Assembly: GCA_964519955.1 (NCBI GenBank)
Contig: CAZFLM010000008.1
Coordinates: 4,732 to 68,731 of the forward strand
DNA length: 64,000 nucleotides
Source: an uncultured Chthonomonadaceae bacterium
Lineage (GTDB): Bacteria > Armatimonadota > Chthonomonadetes > Chthonomonadales > CAJBBX01
Direction of reading: 5' to 3'
The notes beneath the pieces are model-generated. The model was not told the origin of the DNA. It was given only the letters and a program-made list of their open reading frames with translations, and did not search any database. Below, piece after piece: positions 34,782 through 45,010 of the stretch. Every line of letters starts with the position of its first letter. Position 1 is the stretch's first letter. Made by a program: the position numbers and the translations under genes.

Positions 34782-35540
34782 CTATTGTACTCGATCGGCT
34801 GCTGCCGCGCGAAGATCGGCGAGCACCAGGCTGAGGGGCTGCTCCAGCCCGTGCGCATCGAGCAGGGCGCCGTCGCGCAGCACCTCGCCAGCCGGCCCCT
34901 CCGCCACCAGCCTGCCGCCATCGAGTACCGCGACGCGTGAGCACAGCTCGGCGGCCATCTCCAGGTCGTGCGTGGCGACGATCAGCGTCTGAGGGAGGCC
35001 GGAGAGCAGGCCGACGAGTGCGCGGCGCGAGCGGGGATCCAGCCCGGCGGTGGGCTCGTCGAGCGCCAGCACCTCGGCATCCATCGCCAGCACGGTCGCG
35101 ATCGCCGCGCGCTTCCGCTGGCCCATGCTGAGGCGGTGAGGGCTGTCCGGCGCGCGCTCGTCCATGCCGACCTGCGCGAGGGCCTGCATCGCGCGTTCGC
35201 GAGCTTCTGTCCACGAGTAGCCCAGGTTGCGCGGGCCGAACGCGACGTCCTCCAGGAGGGTGGGCAGGAAGAGCTGGTCGTCCGGGTCCTGGAACACCAG
35301 GCCGACCTTGCGGCGGATGTCGCGCAGCGTCGCCGGGCCGACTGCTGCGCCGCCGATCTCGACGCGCCCCGCTCCGCGCAGCAGGCCGTTGAGGTGCAGC
35401 AGCAGCGTCGACTTGCCCGCGCCGTTCGGCCCGACCAGCGCCAGCCGCTCGCCGGAGCCGATCGTGAGCGACACGCCGTCGAGTGCGCGCCTGCCCGTCG
35501 GGTAGTCGTAGGTGAGCCCCGCGAGGGTGACGGACGTCAT
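34782..35540 (-). CDS. ECF/cobalt-nickel type ABC transporter ATPase (CbiO/EcfA-like)
   Basis: LVGPNGAGKSTLLLHLNGLL is the Walker A. VGLVFQDPDDQLF. LSMGQRKRAAIATVLA is the signature motif. LALDEPTAGLD is the Walker B. Confidence 0.88.
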   Translation of the reverse strand: MTSVTLAGLTYDYPTGRRALDGVSLTIGSGERLALVGPNGAGKSTLLLHLNGLLRGAGRVEIGGAAVGPATLRDIRRKVGLVFQDPDDQLFLPTLLEDVAFGPRNLGYSWTEARERAMQALAQVGMDERAPDSPHRLSMGQRKRAAIATVLAMDAEVLALDEPTAGLDPRSRRALVGLLSGLPQTLIVATHDLEMAAELCSRVAVLDGGRLVAEGPAGEVLRDGALLDAHGLEQPLSLVLADLRAAAADRVQ

Positions 35541-36232
35541 CGGTGTGCGGCTCCGAGCGCGACGAGCGCCACAGACACCGCGCTCGCGAGCAGCGCATCG
35601 CGCCTGCGCAGTGGCGGGAGCGGAGCGGCGGGGAAGTGCCCGTCGAAGCCGCGCGCCAGCATCGCGTCGGCGACGCGCTCGGAGCGGTCCACGGCGCGCT
35701 CAAGCAGGCAGGCGGAGAGCTTCCCGAGCGCCACGGCCTGCGCCCAGGGCTGCCTGCCGAGCGCTCTGCACCGGAATGCCCGCCCCATCCGCCCGCCCTC
35801 GTCCGCGAACACGCTCAGGTACCGGGCTACCAGCAGCAGCATCTGCGTCGCGAGCGAGGGCACGCGAAACCATGCCAACGCCGCGACGATCTGTGTGTAG
35901 GGCGTGGATGCCGACAAGGCGACGCAGATGCCCGTCGAGAGCGCGATCCGCACGCAGAAGGTCGCGGCCTGCGCTGCCGGTGCGCCGAGCGCCACGCCAA
36001 CTGCACCGAACACGGCGCACCACGCCGTGGGCACGGCCGCACGCCGCAGTGTCCGCGCCGGGACCCGCGCCAGCCACAGCGCGGCGGCCAGCAGCGCGGC
36101 CTCCGCGGCGAACCGCGGCCAGTCCGCCACGGGGGTGGCCGCGACGCAGACCACAGCCGCGGCAGCGACGAGTAGCCTGGTGCGTGGTTCGGTCTGGGGC
36201 GACATCGATCGGTCCGGCCTACTCTGCGGCAT
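35537..36232 (-). CDS. ECF transporter T component (CbiQ/EcfT-like)
   Basis: Polytopic, with a C-terminal ...ERAVDRSERVADAMLARGF motif typical of CbiQ/EcfT. ATGA-type overlap with the ATPase gene. The start is uncertain (ATG at 36232 or 36205). Confidence 0.75.
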   Translation of the reverse strand: MPQSRPDRSMSPQTEPRTRLLVAAAAVVCVAATPVADWPRFAAEAALLAAALWLARVPARTLRRAAVPTAWCAVFGAVGVALGAPAAQAATFCVRIALSTGICVALSASTPYTQIVAALAWFRVPSLATQMLLLVARYLSVFADEGGRMGRAFRCRALGRQPWAQAVALGKLSACLLERAVDRSERVADAMLARGFDGHFPAAPLPPLRRRDALLASAVSVALVALGAAHR

Positions 36233-36755
36233 CGTGGCCCGCGCGGCGGCGAGAGCGGATGGCAGTTGCGGCTGCCGGAGCGATCGCCAACTGGAGCAGG
36301 ACGCCCGGAAGGCCGGACGCGATCGATGCGAGGCCGGACGCCTGAGAGGGGAGCCCCAGGACGGCGCCCAGCCAAGAGTAGATCCCCCACGTAACGGCGC
36401 AGCGGCCAGCGATGGCGGCCGGCGCCGCCGCCCATGCCGGCACGCGCCACGACGTGAGGAGCGAGGCGATGGCCGCGAGGGCCGCCAACTCGGCCGTCAT
36501 CATGACCGCGTAGGGGAAGGGCGGCATGCCGGTGAGCAGCATCGATGCCCAGGGCGTGACGATGGCTGCGGTGAGGGCCACGCGCGGGCGGAGCAGCAGC
36601 GCGGCGATCAGCACCGGGAGGTGCATGGGCAGGAACACCTTGCCGAGCCCCACCGCGTGGAAGAGCATCGGTACCACGATGCCCGCCGCGCAGAGGCACG
36701 CGCCGAGGGCCAGTTCGCGCGCGGCCCGGTCGGCGCTACCCACCTGTGCCCTCAT
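36219..36755 (-). CDS. ECF transporter S (substrate-capture) component, not CbiM/NikM type
   Basis: 178 aa with 5-6 TM helices. VFLPMHLPVLIAALLLRP resembles the PF12822-type S-component motif. It lacks the N-terminal MHIxEG motif of CbiM/NikM. Confidence 0.6.
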   Translation of the reverse strand: MRAQVGSADRAARELALGACLCAAGIVVPMLFHAVGLGKVFLPMHLPVLIAALLLRPRVALTAAIVTPWASMLLTGMPPFPYAVMMTAELAALAAIASLLTSWRVPAWAAAPAAIAGRCAVTWGIYSWLGAVLGLPSQASGLASIASGLPGVLLQLAIAPAAATAIRSRRRAGHDAAE

Positions 36756-37218
36756 CGCCGGCCTTCACGAGTTCCCACGTGGCGAGCGATCGCAGGCAGG
36801 CTGCCAGCGTCTCGCGCGAAGCTCCGTCCTCGCCCTGCTCCCGGTACCAGGCGGCGAAGCGGTCTGCCGTGTCGCCCAGCACCTCGAAGCGGAACACGTC
36901 GCCGGTATCGGTGTTGGTCACGGCGCCGCTGACGCCATCGGCCGGGCGCGCTTCGATGTTGCGCTTGCCATAGGTGGCGCCGGTCGACCACTGAAACCCG
37001 TCCAGGATGCACGACGGCGGCGGCTTGACGGGGCAGTCCACCTCGACGCGAATGCCGAAGTGCTTGCGCGCGCCGAGCATCTGCATCGCCAGTTCGCCCA
37101 AGCGCACTCCGAGGACCAGCCACGGTCCAATGTGGCCATGGAGCGCCCGCATCGTCTCCCAGTCCGGGCGTGGGGCGGCCTGCTCGCCAGTCGTCGTCTC
37201 GTTCGTCTGGGCCATCAT
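36736..37218 (-). CDS. FmdE/FwdE-domain protein
   Basis: GAGGAG then ATG at 37218. LHGHIGPWLVLGVRLG matches the FmdE-family HGHxxPxxxxG motif. Overlaps the S-component start by 20 nt. Confidence 0.6.
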   Translation of the reverse strand: MMAQTNETTTGEQAAPRPDWETMRALHGHIGPWLVLGVRLGELAMQMLGARKHFGIRVEVDCPVKPPPSCILDGFQWSTGATYGKRNIEARPADGVSGAVTNTDTGDVFRFEVLGDTADRFAAWYREQGEDGASRETLAACLRSLATWELVKAGDEGTGG

Positions 37219-37247
37219 GTGTCTCCTCGTGTAGGCGGGGCGGTGAG

Positions 37248-37946
37248 CTACTGCTGCTGTCGCGGATCGAAGCGGCCGTCGTAGACCGCGCTTGCCGCGT
37301 CCTGGAACCAGAGCTGCGTCCATCGGCCCCACTTCGCATGCCCGTCGAGGTACACGCAGTTCATCCCGCCCTGGTGGCGCTGCGAGGCGAGCCAAAGGGG
37401 CAGTCCCTCCGAATCGAAGAACGTGCCCATGTAGTTGCAGAACGACGGCCTCAGCGGATCGGCGGTGTTCCAGCAGTACGGCGGGAAGTGGTCCGGCCCG
37501 CGGTTGGCGGCGTTCTCCGCCAGGTAGATCACGGAGGCCGGCGCGCCTGTCTGAGCGAGGCTGGTGTACGGCGTCGGCGCGTTCGGCGTGAACCAGGCGT
37601 TCACCGCATAGGACGAGAGCCGGCCCGACGTCCACGTGGTGCTGGTGTCGTCCGGGCAGCGCAGGAGTGCCTGGCTCTTGATGTAGGGCTGGAGCGTCGA
37701 GGTCCAGGTGTTCGCCAGCGACGGATAGCTGACGAGCGGCAGCATCTCGTCGTAGTCGGTGACGTACTGGGCCATCGCCAAGCCGATCTGGCGGTTGTTG
37801 GAGAGGCAGGCGACCGCGCGGGCCTTGCCTCGGGCCTGGGCGAACACCGGGAACAGGATGGCCGCGAGGATGGCGATAATGGCTATAACAACTAGGAGCT
37901 CGATGAGCGTGAATGCTGTGCCGCTTCGTCGGTGCTGACGGTTCAC
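37248..37946 (-). CDS. Prepilin-type N-terminal cleavage/methylation domain protein (DUF1559 / H-X9-DG-like pseudopilin)
   Basis: [31 protein letters not shown] is a class III signal. The C-terminal [16 protein letters not shown] is an H-X9-DG motif. AGGAG then GTG at 37946. Confidence 0.85.
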   Translation of the reverse strand: MNRQHRRSGTAFTLIELLVVIAIIAILAAILFPVFAQARGKARAVACLSNNRQIGLAMAQYVTDYDEMLPLVSYPSLANTWTSTLQPYIKSQALLRCPDDTSTTWTSGRLSSYAVNAWFTPNAPTPYTSLAQTGAPASVIYLAENAANRGPDHFPPYCWNTADPLRPSFCNYMGTFFDSEGLPLWLASQRHQGGMNCVYLDGHAKWGRWTQLWFQDAASAVYDGRFDPRQQQ

Positions 37947-37974
37947 TGGACTCTCCTGGCGCGACCCGAGGTGA

Positions 37975-37999
37975 TAACACGAAGTGAGACTTCGTGTTA
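37975..37999. promoter_or_regulatory. Perfect 11-3-11 palindrome, candidate operator
   Basis: TAACACGAAGT-GAG-ACTTCGTGTTA lies in the divergent region between starts 37946 (-) and 38132 (+). It is AT-richer than its surroundings. Confidence 0.45.
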
Positions 38000-38131
38000 C
38001 GACTCAGCGTAGCACGCGTCGGGCGGCCTGGTCAATGGGGCAGCGTGGTTTGCGGACGAAGGACTTCGCCCTGGCCCGCTGAACATAGGCATCGGTGCCC
38101 GGGATGCGGGCCGGCAGCAGGGGAGCGCGAC

Positions 38132-39493
38132 ATGGCGGAGCAGCGGGGCGACGTGATGGTGGGCAGTGGCGAGGCGGCGGGCAGCGAGAAGCCGGCGTGG
38201 CTGCGCGAGCGGCTCGAGTGGTTCATGGACCAGCGCTTCGGCGTGTTCCTCCACTGGGGGCCGTACTGCCAGTGGGACTGCTGCGAGTCCTGGCCGCTCG
38301 TCCCCGAGGACACCTGGGCGCGCAATCCCAAATCGCGGTGCTGGAGCGAGCGTGGGATGGACCTGGAGCGCTTCCAGCGGGACTACTGGGCGCTCAACCG
38401 CACGTTCGACCCGGTGGACTTCGACCCGGACGCGTGGGCGGAGGTGGCTCAGGCGGCGGGCATGCGCTACGTCACGTTCACCACGAAGCACCACGACGGG
38501 TTCTGCATGTTCGACACGCGCACCACCGACTACCGCGTCACCGCGCCGGACTGCCCGTTCCACGCGCACCCGCGCGCCAACATCGCCCGCGAGGTGTTCG
38601 ATGCGTTCCGCCGCCAGGGGCTCGCGGTGAGCTGCTACTTCTCGAAGTCCGACTGGCACTCGCCGCACTACTGGTCGCCGCGCTGGCCGGCGCTCACCCG
38701 CAACCCGAACTACGACACCGCGGAGTACTCCGACATCTGGGAGGGCTTCGTGCACTTCGTCCACGCGCAGGTCGAGGAGCTGATGACGGGCTACGGCCCC
38801 ATCGACGTGCTGTGGCTCGACGGCGGCCAGGTGCGGGCGGACAACAAGCAGGACATCCGCATGGCCGAGATGGCCGCTATGGCCCGCAGCCACCAGCCCG
38901 GCCTCATCATGGCGGACCGCACCGTGGGCGGCGACTACGAGGACTTCATCACGCCGGAGCACACCATCCCCGATGCGCCGCTCGACACGCCGTGGGAGTC
39001 CTGCCTCACGCTCGGGACCTCGTGGAAGTACGTCGAGGGCGAGGTCTACCGCCCCGCGCGCGAGGTCATCCGCATGCTTGCCGAGATCGCGTCGAAGGGT
39101 GGCAACCTGCTGCTCGGCTTCGGTCCGGACCCGCTGGGCCGCTTCCCAGCCGGCGCGGTGGAGCGGCTGCGCGAGGTCGGAGCGTGGATGGACGTGAACG
39201 GCGAGGCGGTCTACGGCACGCGGCCCGTTGCGCCCTACGGCTCCGGCGACGTGCGCTTCACCAGCAAGGGCCGCACGACCTACGCCATCGTGCTCGACGC
39301 GCCGGAGCCCGACCGCCAGGCTCGCCGCCTGCGGATCGAGGGCCTGCGCCCGGCAGAAGGAGCGCCCGTGCACCTGCTGGGCGTCGACGAGCCGCTGGCG
39401 TGGCAGGCGGAGGGGCAGGGGTTGTCCGTGGCGCTGCCGGAGCGCGCCATCGCCGAGCCCATCGCCTGGGTGGTCCGCTTCGAGCGGGCATGA
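38132..39493 (+). CDS. Alpha-L-fucosidase (GH29)
   Basis: RFGVFLHWGPY...AGMRYVTFTTKHHDGFCMFDT...DVLWLDGG are typical GH29 motifs. The start is uncertain (ATG at 38132 or the downstream Met). Confidence 0.85.
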   Translation: MAEQRGDVMVGSGEAAGSEKPAWLRERLEWFMDQRFGVFLHWGPYCQWDCCESWPLVPEDTWARNPKSRCWSERGMDLERFQRDYWALNRTFDPVDFDPDAWAEVAQAAGMRYVTFTTKHHDGFCMFDTRTTDYRVTAPDCPFHAHPRANIAREVFDAFRRQGLAVSCYFSKSDWHSPHYWSPRWPALTRNPNYDTAEYSDIWEGFVHFVHAQVEELMTGYGPIDVLWLDGGQVRADNKQDIRMAEMAAMARSHQPGLIMADRTVGGDYEDFITPEHTIPDAPLDTPWESCLTLGTSWKYVEGEVYRPAREVIRMLAEIASKGGNLLLGFGPDPLGRFPAGAVERLREVGAWMDVNGEAVYGTRPVAPYGSGDVRFTSKGRTTYAIVLDAPEPDRQARRLRIEGLRPAEGAPVHLLGVDEPLAWQAEGQGLSVALPERAIAEPIAWVVRFERA

Positions 39494-39499
39494 CGCCAT

Positions 39500-39705
39500 C
39501 GCACGAACCCGTGGGGCGCGCCCTCCGCGGCGCGCCGGGTTCTGTGCCATGGTCCCCGCACCAACCCGTGGGGCGCGCCCTCCGCGGCGCGTCGGGCCCG
39601 CCCGCCATCGCTCCCGCACGAACCCGTGGGGCGCGCCCTCCGCGGCGCGCCGGGTCTGTGCCATTGTTCCCGCACGAACCCGTGGGGCGCGCCCTCCGCG
39701 GCGCG
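39500..39705. repeat. Four tandem ~57-bp repeats, each with a GC hairpin (core CGCACGAACCCGTGGGGCGCGCCCTCCGCGGCGCG)
   Basis: Cores at 39500, 39557, 39615 and 39671 (periods 57/58/56). The linkers alternate between two types. Each unit carries GGCGCGCC-CTCCGC-GGCGCGCC. The array fills the convergent intergenic gap 39494-39714. Confidence 0.85.
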
Positions 39706-39714
39706 TCGGGCCCC

Positions 39715-41076
<1,362 letters not shown>

Positions 41077-41252
41077 GGCGTTCCCCTCGCCGGTCGGGAT
41101 GGGACCATTATCGGTTGATCGTGAGCAGGACTGAGACTCCGCAGGAGAACATGGCGTCGGTAACGAATCCTGTGCTGTACAGGTGGGGGCTCTCGTTGCC
41201 CCGGTCGTCCAGGGCAGGTCGGCCGGACGCACGGCCGCCGGAGGGAGATAAC

Positions 41253-41486
41253 ATGCGTGCCGAACGTGTGCTGTACGCCGTTCTGGATGAGGACCTCGAG
41301 GACCTGTTGAAGTCGTTGGGGCAACTGGAACGCCTCCGGCGCGGAGAGGTGACCTGCGCGGTATGTAGCGCGCCCATGTCAGTTCGGAACCTCCACGCTA
41401 TAACGGTACTGCCCGATGGCGAACTCAGGTGGCTCTGTCACGACTCGGAGTGCGCGGTCGTCGGGCACGCCTGCCAGGAGAGCTAA
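41253..41486 (+). CDS. Small Cys4 zinc-ribbon-like protein (77 aa), unknown function
   Basis: GGAGGGAG RBS. EVTCAVCSAPM...WLCHDSECAVVGHAC has a CxxC...CxxxxC pattern. Its stop is separated by 1 nt from the next ATG. Lower GC than the flanks. Confidence 0.6.
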   Translation: MRAERVLYAVLDEDLEDLLKSLGQLERLRRGEVTCAVCSAPMSVRNLHAITVLPDGELRWLCHDSECAVVGHACQES

Positions 41487-41487
41487 G

Positions 41488-44073
41488 ATGCCCCAGCTAC
41501 CAGTCATCTACTACGTCGCCGGCATCCTGGGTGTGTCCATCATGGCGATGGCCCTCATCTTCCTCGGCATGCTGCTGCTTGCGGCCTACCCCAGCGCCAA
41601 GGTGCTAGTTGGTGACTTCTTCCGACTTTTCGGAGTGCTCGGAAAGTGGTTCCGGAGGAAGGCCGTCGAAGCTGAGGTGGAGGGTGTCGTCAACTCGTTC
41701 GCCCGGCACCTCAACTCGGATGTTCAGGCCGACATACTGCCGGACTGCCGCGTGCAGTGGGTAAGCCGAGAGAATCACGAGGCTGTCCTTCAGCCCGGAT
41801 GCACGCTGGTCCGCGTGAGCTTCACCGGACTTGACCGCGACCTGGACACCTACAACGCCGCGTGTCAGTACGTGAGGACCAGCCTTCTCCCGGACACCAA
41901 GCCGTTCCTGCGAGCAGCCACTTCTGGTGCCCTCGACTTGCTGATGGTCCGGATACTGCTTACGTACGGGAAGCGCGCCGCCCTAAGGGTGTTCAATCAA
42001 CGGGCTCGCGACCATGATGCAGCCACGTTGGACGCCTACGAGCGTCTCTCGGAGAGTGATCGCCGCGGTCTGTTCAGGCACATGCTGCTCAGCGAGCTGA
42101 GTGCCTACGGTGACCTTGTTGCCGACCACACGCCAGGACCAGCCCTTGAGGAGGAGACCGAGCGGTTCCTCTCCTGGTTCAATGATCTGGTGATGCGCGA
42201 ATGGCGGGAGAGGATCACGCTCCACTTCCGGAGTGAGCACTTCAACGTCGGGATCATTCTGGTGGCCGATGGTGAGGTCTATGGTAAGCACGGGATCAGG
42301 CCCTATGTCAGCAGAGCGCATCAGTACGCGACAAGCGGGTGTAGCAGCCTCTACCTGCTGGCCCGTGGCGGCAGGAAGAGCCACGTGGCTGACGAGGTGG
42401 TGCGGGACCTGTGCAGGAACGCTGGCTTCTCGGTGAGCAGGCGGTCCTCGGCGGTCGTTACTGGCACGCGGGACGACGAGGTAGTCGTCACGTGTATAGC
42501 GATTAGGGCCGATGCCACTGCGGTGCAGCTTGACGCATGGTGTCACTTGGCACAGGACCATGCGCGCGGCCAGCGGGCCCAGGCGCTGGTTGAGGCGGTC
42601 TGGCGAGACGGGGCGTGCGTAGATGTCTACGGCCTGAAGACCGAGATCCCCATCGACCAGCTGTCCGGCGTTGCGCTCCACGACGCCGCCCGCTTCATCG
42701 AGCGTGACTCTACCCTCCTCGTCGATGTTCTGGAGTGCGATCCAGCCAACGGCGTGCTGCGCCTCAGCAACGCAGGTACCGAGACTGACCCCAAGCAGCT
42801 GATCGACAAGCTCCATGGGTATGCCCAGGAGGAGCAGCTAGCGGTTGTGCTTCGCTACACGGGCTACGGAGCCTACGAGAGCGGCCTAGTCGTCTCACTG
42901 GTGCTTGAGGAGCGGCCGATCGAAGGCTTCGTGCCTCGCTCCGGCGCTACGTATAGCCGCTTCGCACCGCTCTCGACCAAGTACCCCGTTGGCACGTCGA
43001 TCCACGTGGTGTTGGAGCGCTATGATCCCGAACGGGGAACGTACAGATGCAGAGTTGCAGGCCTGAGCGACCCTTGGGAAGGTGTCGCACGCTACGCGGA
43101 GGGGCAGCGTGTGCACGCCGTGGCCCAGGAGATAACCGAGTACAGGGTGGTCTGTGAGCTCGTCGAGGGCCTGGAGGGAGTGATCCATGTCGACGAGCTC
43201 TCGTGGGACGGGCGCGAGCACAACGATGCCCGCATCCGCGAGGTCAGCGTGGGAGACACCATTGAGGCCGTCGTCGTCAACCACGATCACTCTCGGCGAC
43301 AGATCCAGCTCAGCGTGAAGAGGCTGGCGACCAGCCCTGTTGAGGCATATTGCGCTCGCAGCGCGGGTACCCGGGTGCTCGGGGAGGTGACGGCCGTGCT
43401 CGGGCGTCGTGCCGAAGTAGCGTTGCTGCCAGACCGCGTACGCGGGGTCTTGCCGATAGGCGAGGTGTCCTGGCACTATTGCTCGGGTGTCGATCGACTA
43501 CTTGAGGCAGGCCGACAGATCCAGGTCCTCGTACGGGAGTACGACGGCGACCACGACTGCGCCGTAGTCAGCATGAAGAGACTCGCTGATAATGCGTTTG
43601 AGGAGTTCTTGCGGCAGCATGAGGCCGGTTCGCAGGTGGTGGCTACAGTGGTTGGGCACTGGGAGGACCGCGTCCTGGCTGAGGTGCGGTTTGGCGATCG
43701 GGTGGTCCAGTCCTACATTCACCGTTCAGAAGTATCATCAGTTGTCTGGGTTGACGCTGAGACGATCGGTGCTGTGCTGCCTGTCGGCTCGGCCTGGCAC
43801 TGCGTCGTGAAGCCGCCCGATCGGCGGGCCGGAGTGGTAGAACTCAGCAGGCGTCGATACCTCGACATTAGCGTCGACAGAGCAGAATATGGGGCAGTGC
43901 ACTTGGTGCGTGCGCATCGCGGACGGCAGGGCAACTGGTGTGGCTACTCGGATACGATCGAAGGGGTGCTCGTCGAGACTGGCCGCAAGGGTGTCCTGGC
44001 GGGCTCGGAGTACGAGGTGGTCGTGGCTCGGCGCGGCGGCTCGGGCGGGCGACCCGAACTCGCCATAGCCTAG
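41488..44073 (+). CDS. Membrane-anchored protein: unknown ~330-aa N-terminal region + about six S1 (OB-fold) RNA-binding repeats
   Basis: AGGAG RBS. N-terminal hydrophobic VIYYVAGILGVSIMAMALIFLGMLLLAAY. S1-like units include GQRVHAVAQEITEYRVVCELVEGLEGVIHVDELSW...GDTIEAVVVNHDHSRRQIQLSVKRL and GTRVLGEVTAVLGRRAEVALLPD-VRGVLPIGEVSW...IQVLVREYDGDHDCAVVSMKRL. Confidence 0.75.
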   Translation: MPQLPVIYYVAGILGVSIMAMALIFLGMLLLAAYPSAKVLVGDFFRLFGVLGKWFRRKAVEAEVEGVVNSFARHLNSDVQADILPDCRVQWVSRENHEAVLQPGCTLVRVSFTGLDRDLDTYNAACQYVRTSLLPDTKPFLRAATSGALDLLMVRILLTYGKRAALRVFNQRARDHDAATLDAYERLSESDRRGLFRHMLLSELSAYGDLVADHTPGPALEEETERFLSWFNDLVMREWRERITLHFRSEHFNVGIILVADGEVYGKHGIRPYVSRAHQYATSGCSSLYLLARGGRKSHVADEVVRDLCRNAGFSVSRRSSAVVTGTRDDEVVVTCIAIRADATAVQLDAWCHLAQDHARGQRAQALVEAVWRDGACVDVYGLKTEIPIDQLSGVALHDAARFIERDSTLLVDVLECDPANGVLRLSNAGTETDPKQLIDKLHGYAQEEQLAVVLRYTGYGAYESGLVVSLVLEERPIEGFVPRSGATYSRFAPLSTKYPVGTSIHVVLERYDPERGTYRCRVAGLSDPWEGVARYAEGQRVHAVAQEITEYRVVCELVEGLEGVIHVDELSWDGREHNDARIREVSVGDTIEAVVVNHDHSRRQIQLSVKRLATSPVEAYCARSAGTRVLGEVTAVLGRRAEVALLPDRVRGVLPIGEVSWHYCSGVDRLLEAGRQIQVLVREYDGDHDCAVVSMKRLADNAFEEFLRQHEAGSQVVATVVGHWEDRVLAEVRFGDRVVQSYIHRSEVSSVVWVDAETIGAVLPVGSAWHCVVKPPDRRAGVVELSRRRYLDISVDRAEYGAVHLVRAHRGRQGNWCGYSDTIEGVLVETGRKGVLAGSEYEVVVARRGGSGGRPELAIA

Positions 44074-44132
44074 TGCGGTGCATCCTCAGGACTGCCGCCG
44101 CTGTCCACGTCTGGACCGCCCGGTCCCGCTCC

Positions 44133-44966
44133 TCAGTCAGCCAGCGCCAGCAGGTCCTTCAGCACACGCGGTACGGCGGCGGCCGCGTCTTCCTCTGCCT
44201 CGTACTCCAGGTGCAGGTAGCCGCGGTAGCCGGCCTCGCGCAGGATGCCCACGATGCGGGGCAGGTCGGCGGCCTCGCGCACGCCGGGGCGGTGCATCTC
44301 CGTCTTCACGTGGGTGGTCACCGTGTAGGGGGCGAGCCGCGCCAGGTCGGCGTACGGGTCGGGAGTGTGGAAGTTGCCCGTGTCCATGTTGACGCCGAAC
44401 CACTCGGAATCGACCTGGCGCACGATCTCAAGCATGCCCTCGGGCAGGGCCACCACGCCGCCGTGGTTCTCCAGCGCGAGCACCAGGCCGCGCTTGCCGG
44501 CCTCCGGGCACAGCTCCCGCAGGCAGTCCACGACCCAGCCGCGCGCGGTGCTCTCGTCCACACCCTCCGGCGCCGGCCCGGCGAACACGCGGATGTACCG
44601 TCCGCCCAGCTCCGGCGTCAGCTCGATCCACCTGCGGACCAGAGCCAACTGCTTCTCGCGGTCCGGCCCCGGCGGCAGCGCGAACGTGTTGCCCACTGCT
44701 GTGCCGGTGATGTCGAGCCCCAGCATCCAGGCGCGCCGGGCGAGGCGGTGCAGGGAGCCGGGCGTGATCGGCTCGGGGAAGTAGTACGAGGTCAACTCGA
44801 CGCCGTGGATGCCGATCTCGGCGGCACGATCGAGGAAGCCCTCCATCGCCATCGCCGGCGCCAGCTTGCCGGTCAGGTAGTCGCGGTACGAATAGGCGCA
44901 GCACCCCACGCGGAGGCACGACCCTCCCACACGCTGCGGCCTCGCCGGCTCAGACGACGGAGACAT
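44133..44966 (-). CDS. Sugar phosphate isomerase/epimerase (xylose-isomerase-like TIM barrel)
   Basis: [10 protein letters not shown]...[16 protein letters not shown]...LALENHGG...[10 protein letters not shown] is the typical AP_endonuc_2/TIM pattern. Confidence 0.75.
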   Translation of the reverse strand: MSPSSEPARPQRVGGSCLRVGCCAYSYRDYLTGKLAPAMAMEGFLDRAAEIGIHGVELTSYYFPEPITPGSLHRLARRAWMLGLDITGTAVGNTFALPPGPDREKQLALVRRWIELTPELGGRYIRVFAGPAPEGVDESTARGWVVDCLRELCPEAGKRGLVLALENHGGVVALPEGMLEIVRQVDSEWFGVNMDTGNFHTPDPYADLARLAPYTVTTHVKTEMHRPGVREAADLPRIVGILREAGYRGYLHLEYEAEEDAAAAVPRVLKDLLALAD

Positions 44967-45010
44967 GGCCACCTCCCTCGCATCTCAACGTAACGGGCGG
45001 GCACCCCGCC

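Noticed and set aside
39494-39714. Possible small CRISPR array (four ~35-nt direct repeats with ~21-nt intervening sequences)
   Set aside because: The 'spacers' are too short and alternate between two near-identical sequences instead of being unique. The repeats are imperfect. No cas genes or leader are present. The element exactly fills a convergent intergenic gap and is a hairpin array, so it was classified as a tandem REP/terminator-like repeat.
41100-44100. Calling the lower-GC cassette a mobile genetic element
   Set aside because: I saw no integrase, transposase, flanking tRNA, or direct or inverted terminal repeats. Only the compositional and strand discontinuity supports horizontal origin, so it is reported as a finding and not annotated as a mobile_element.
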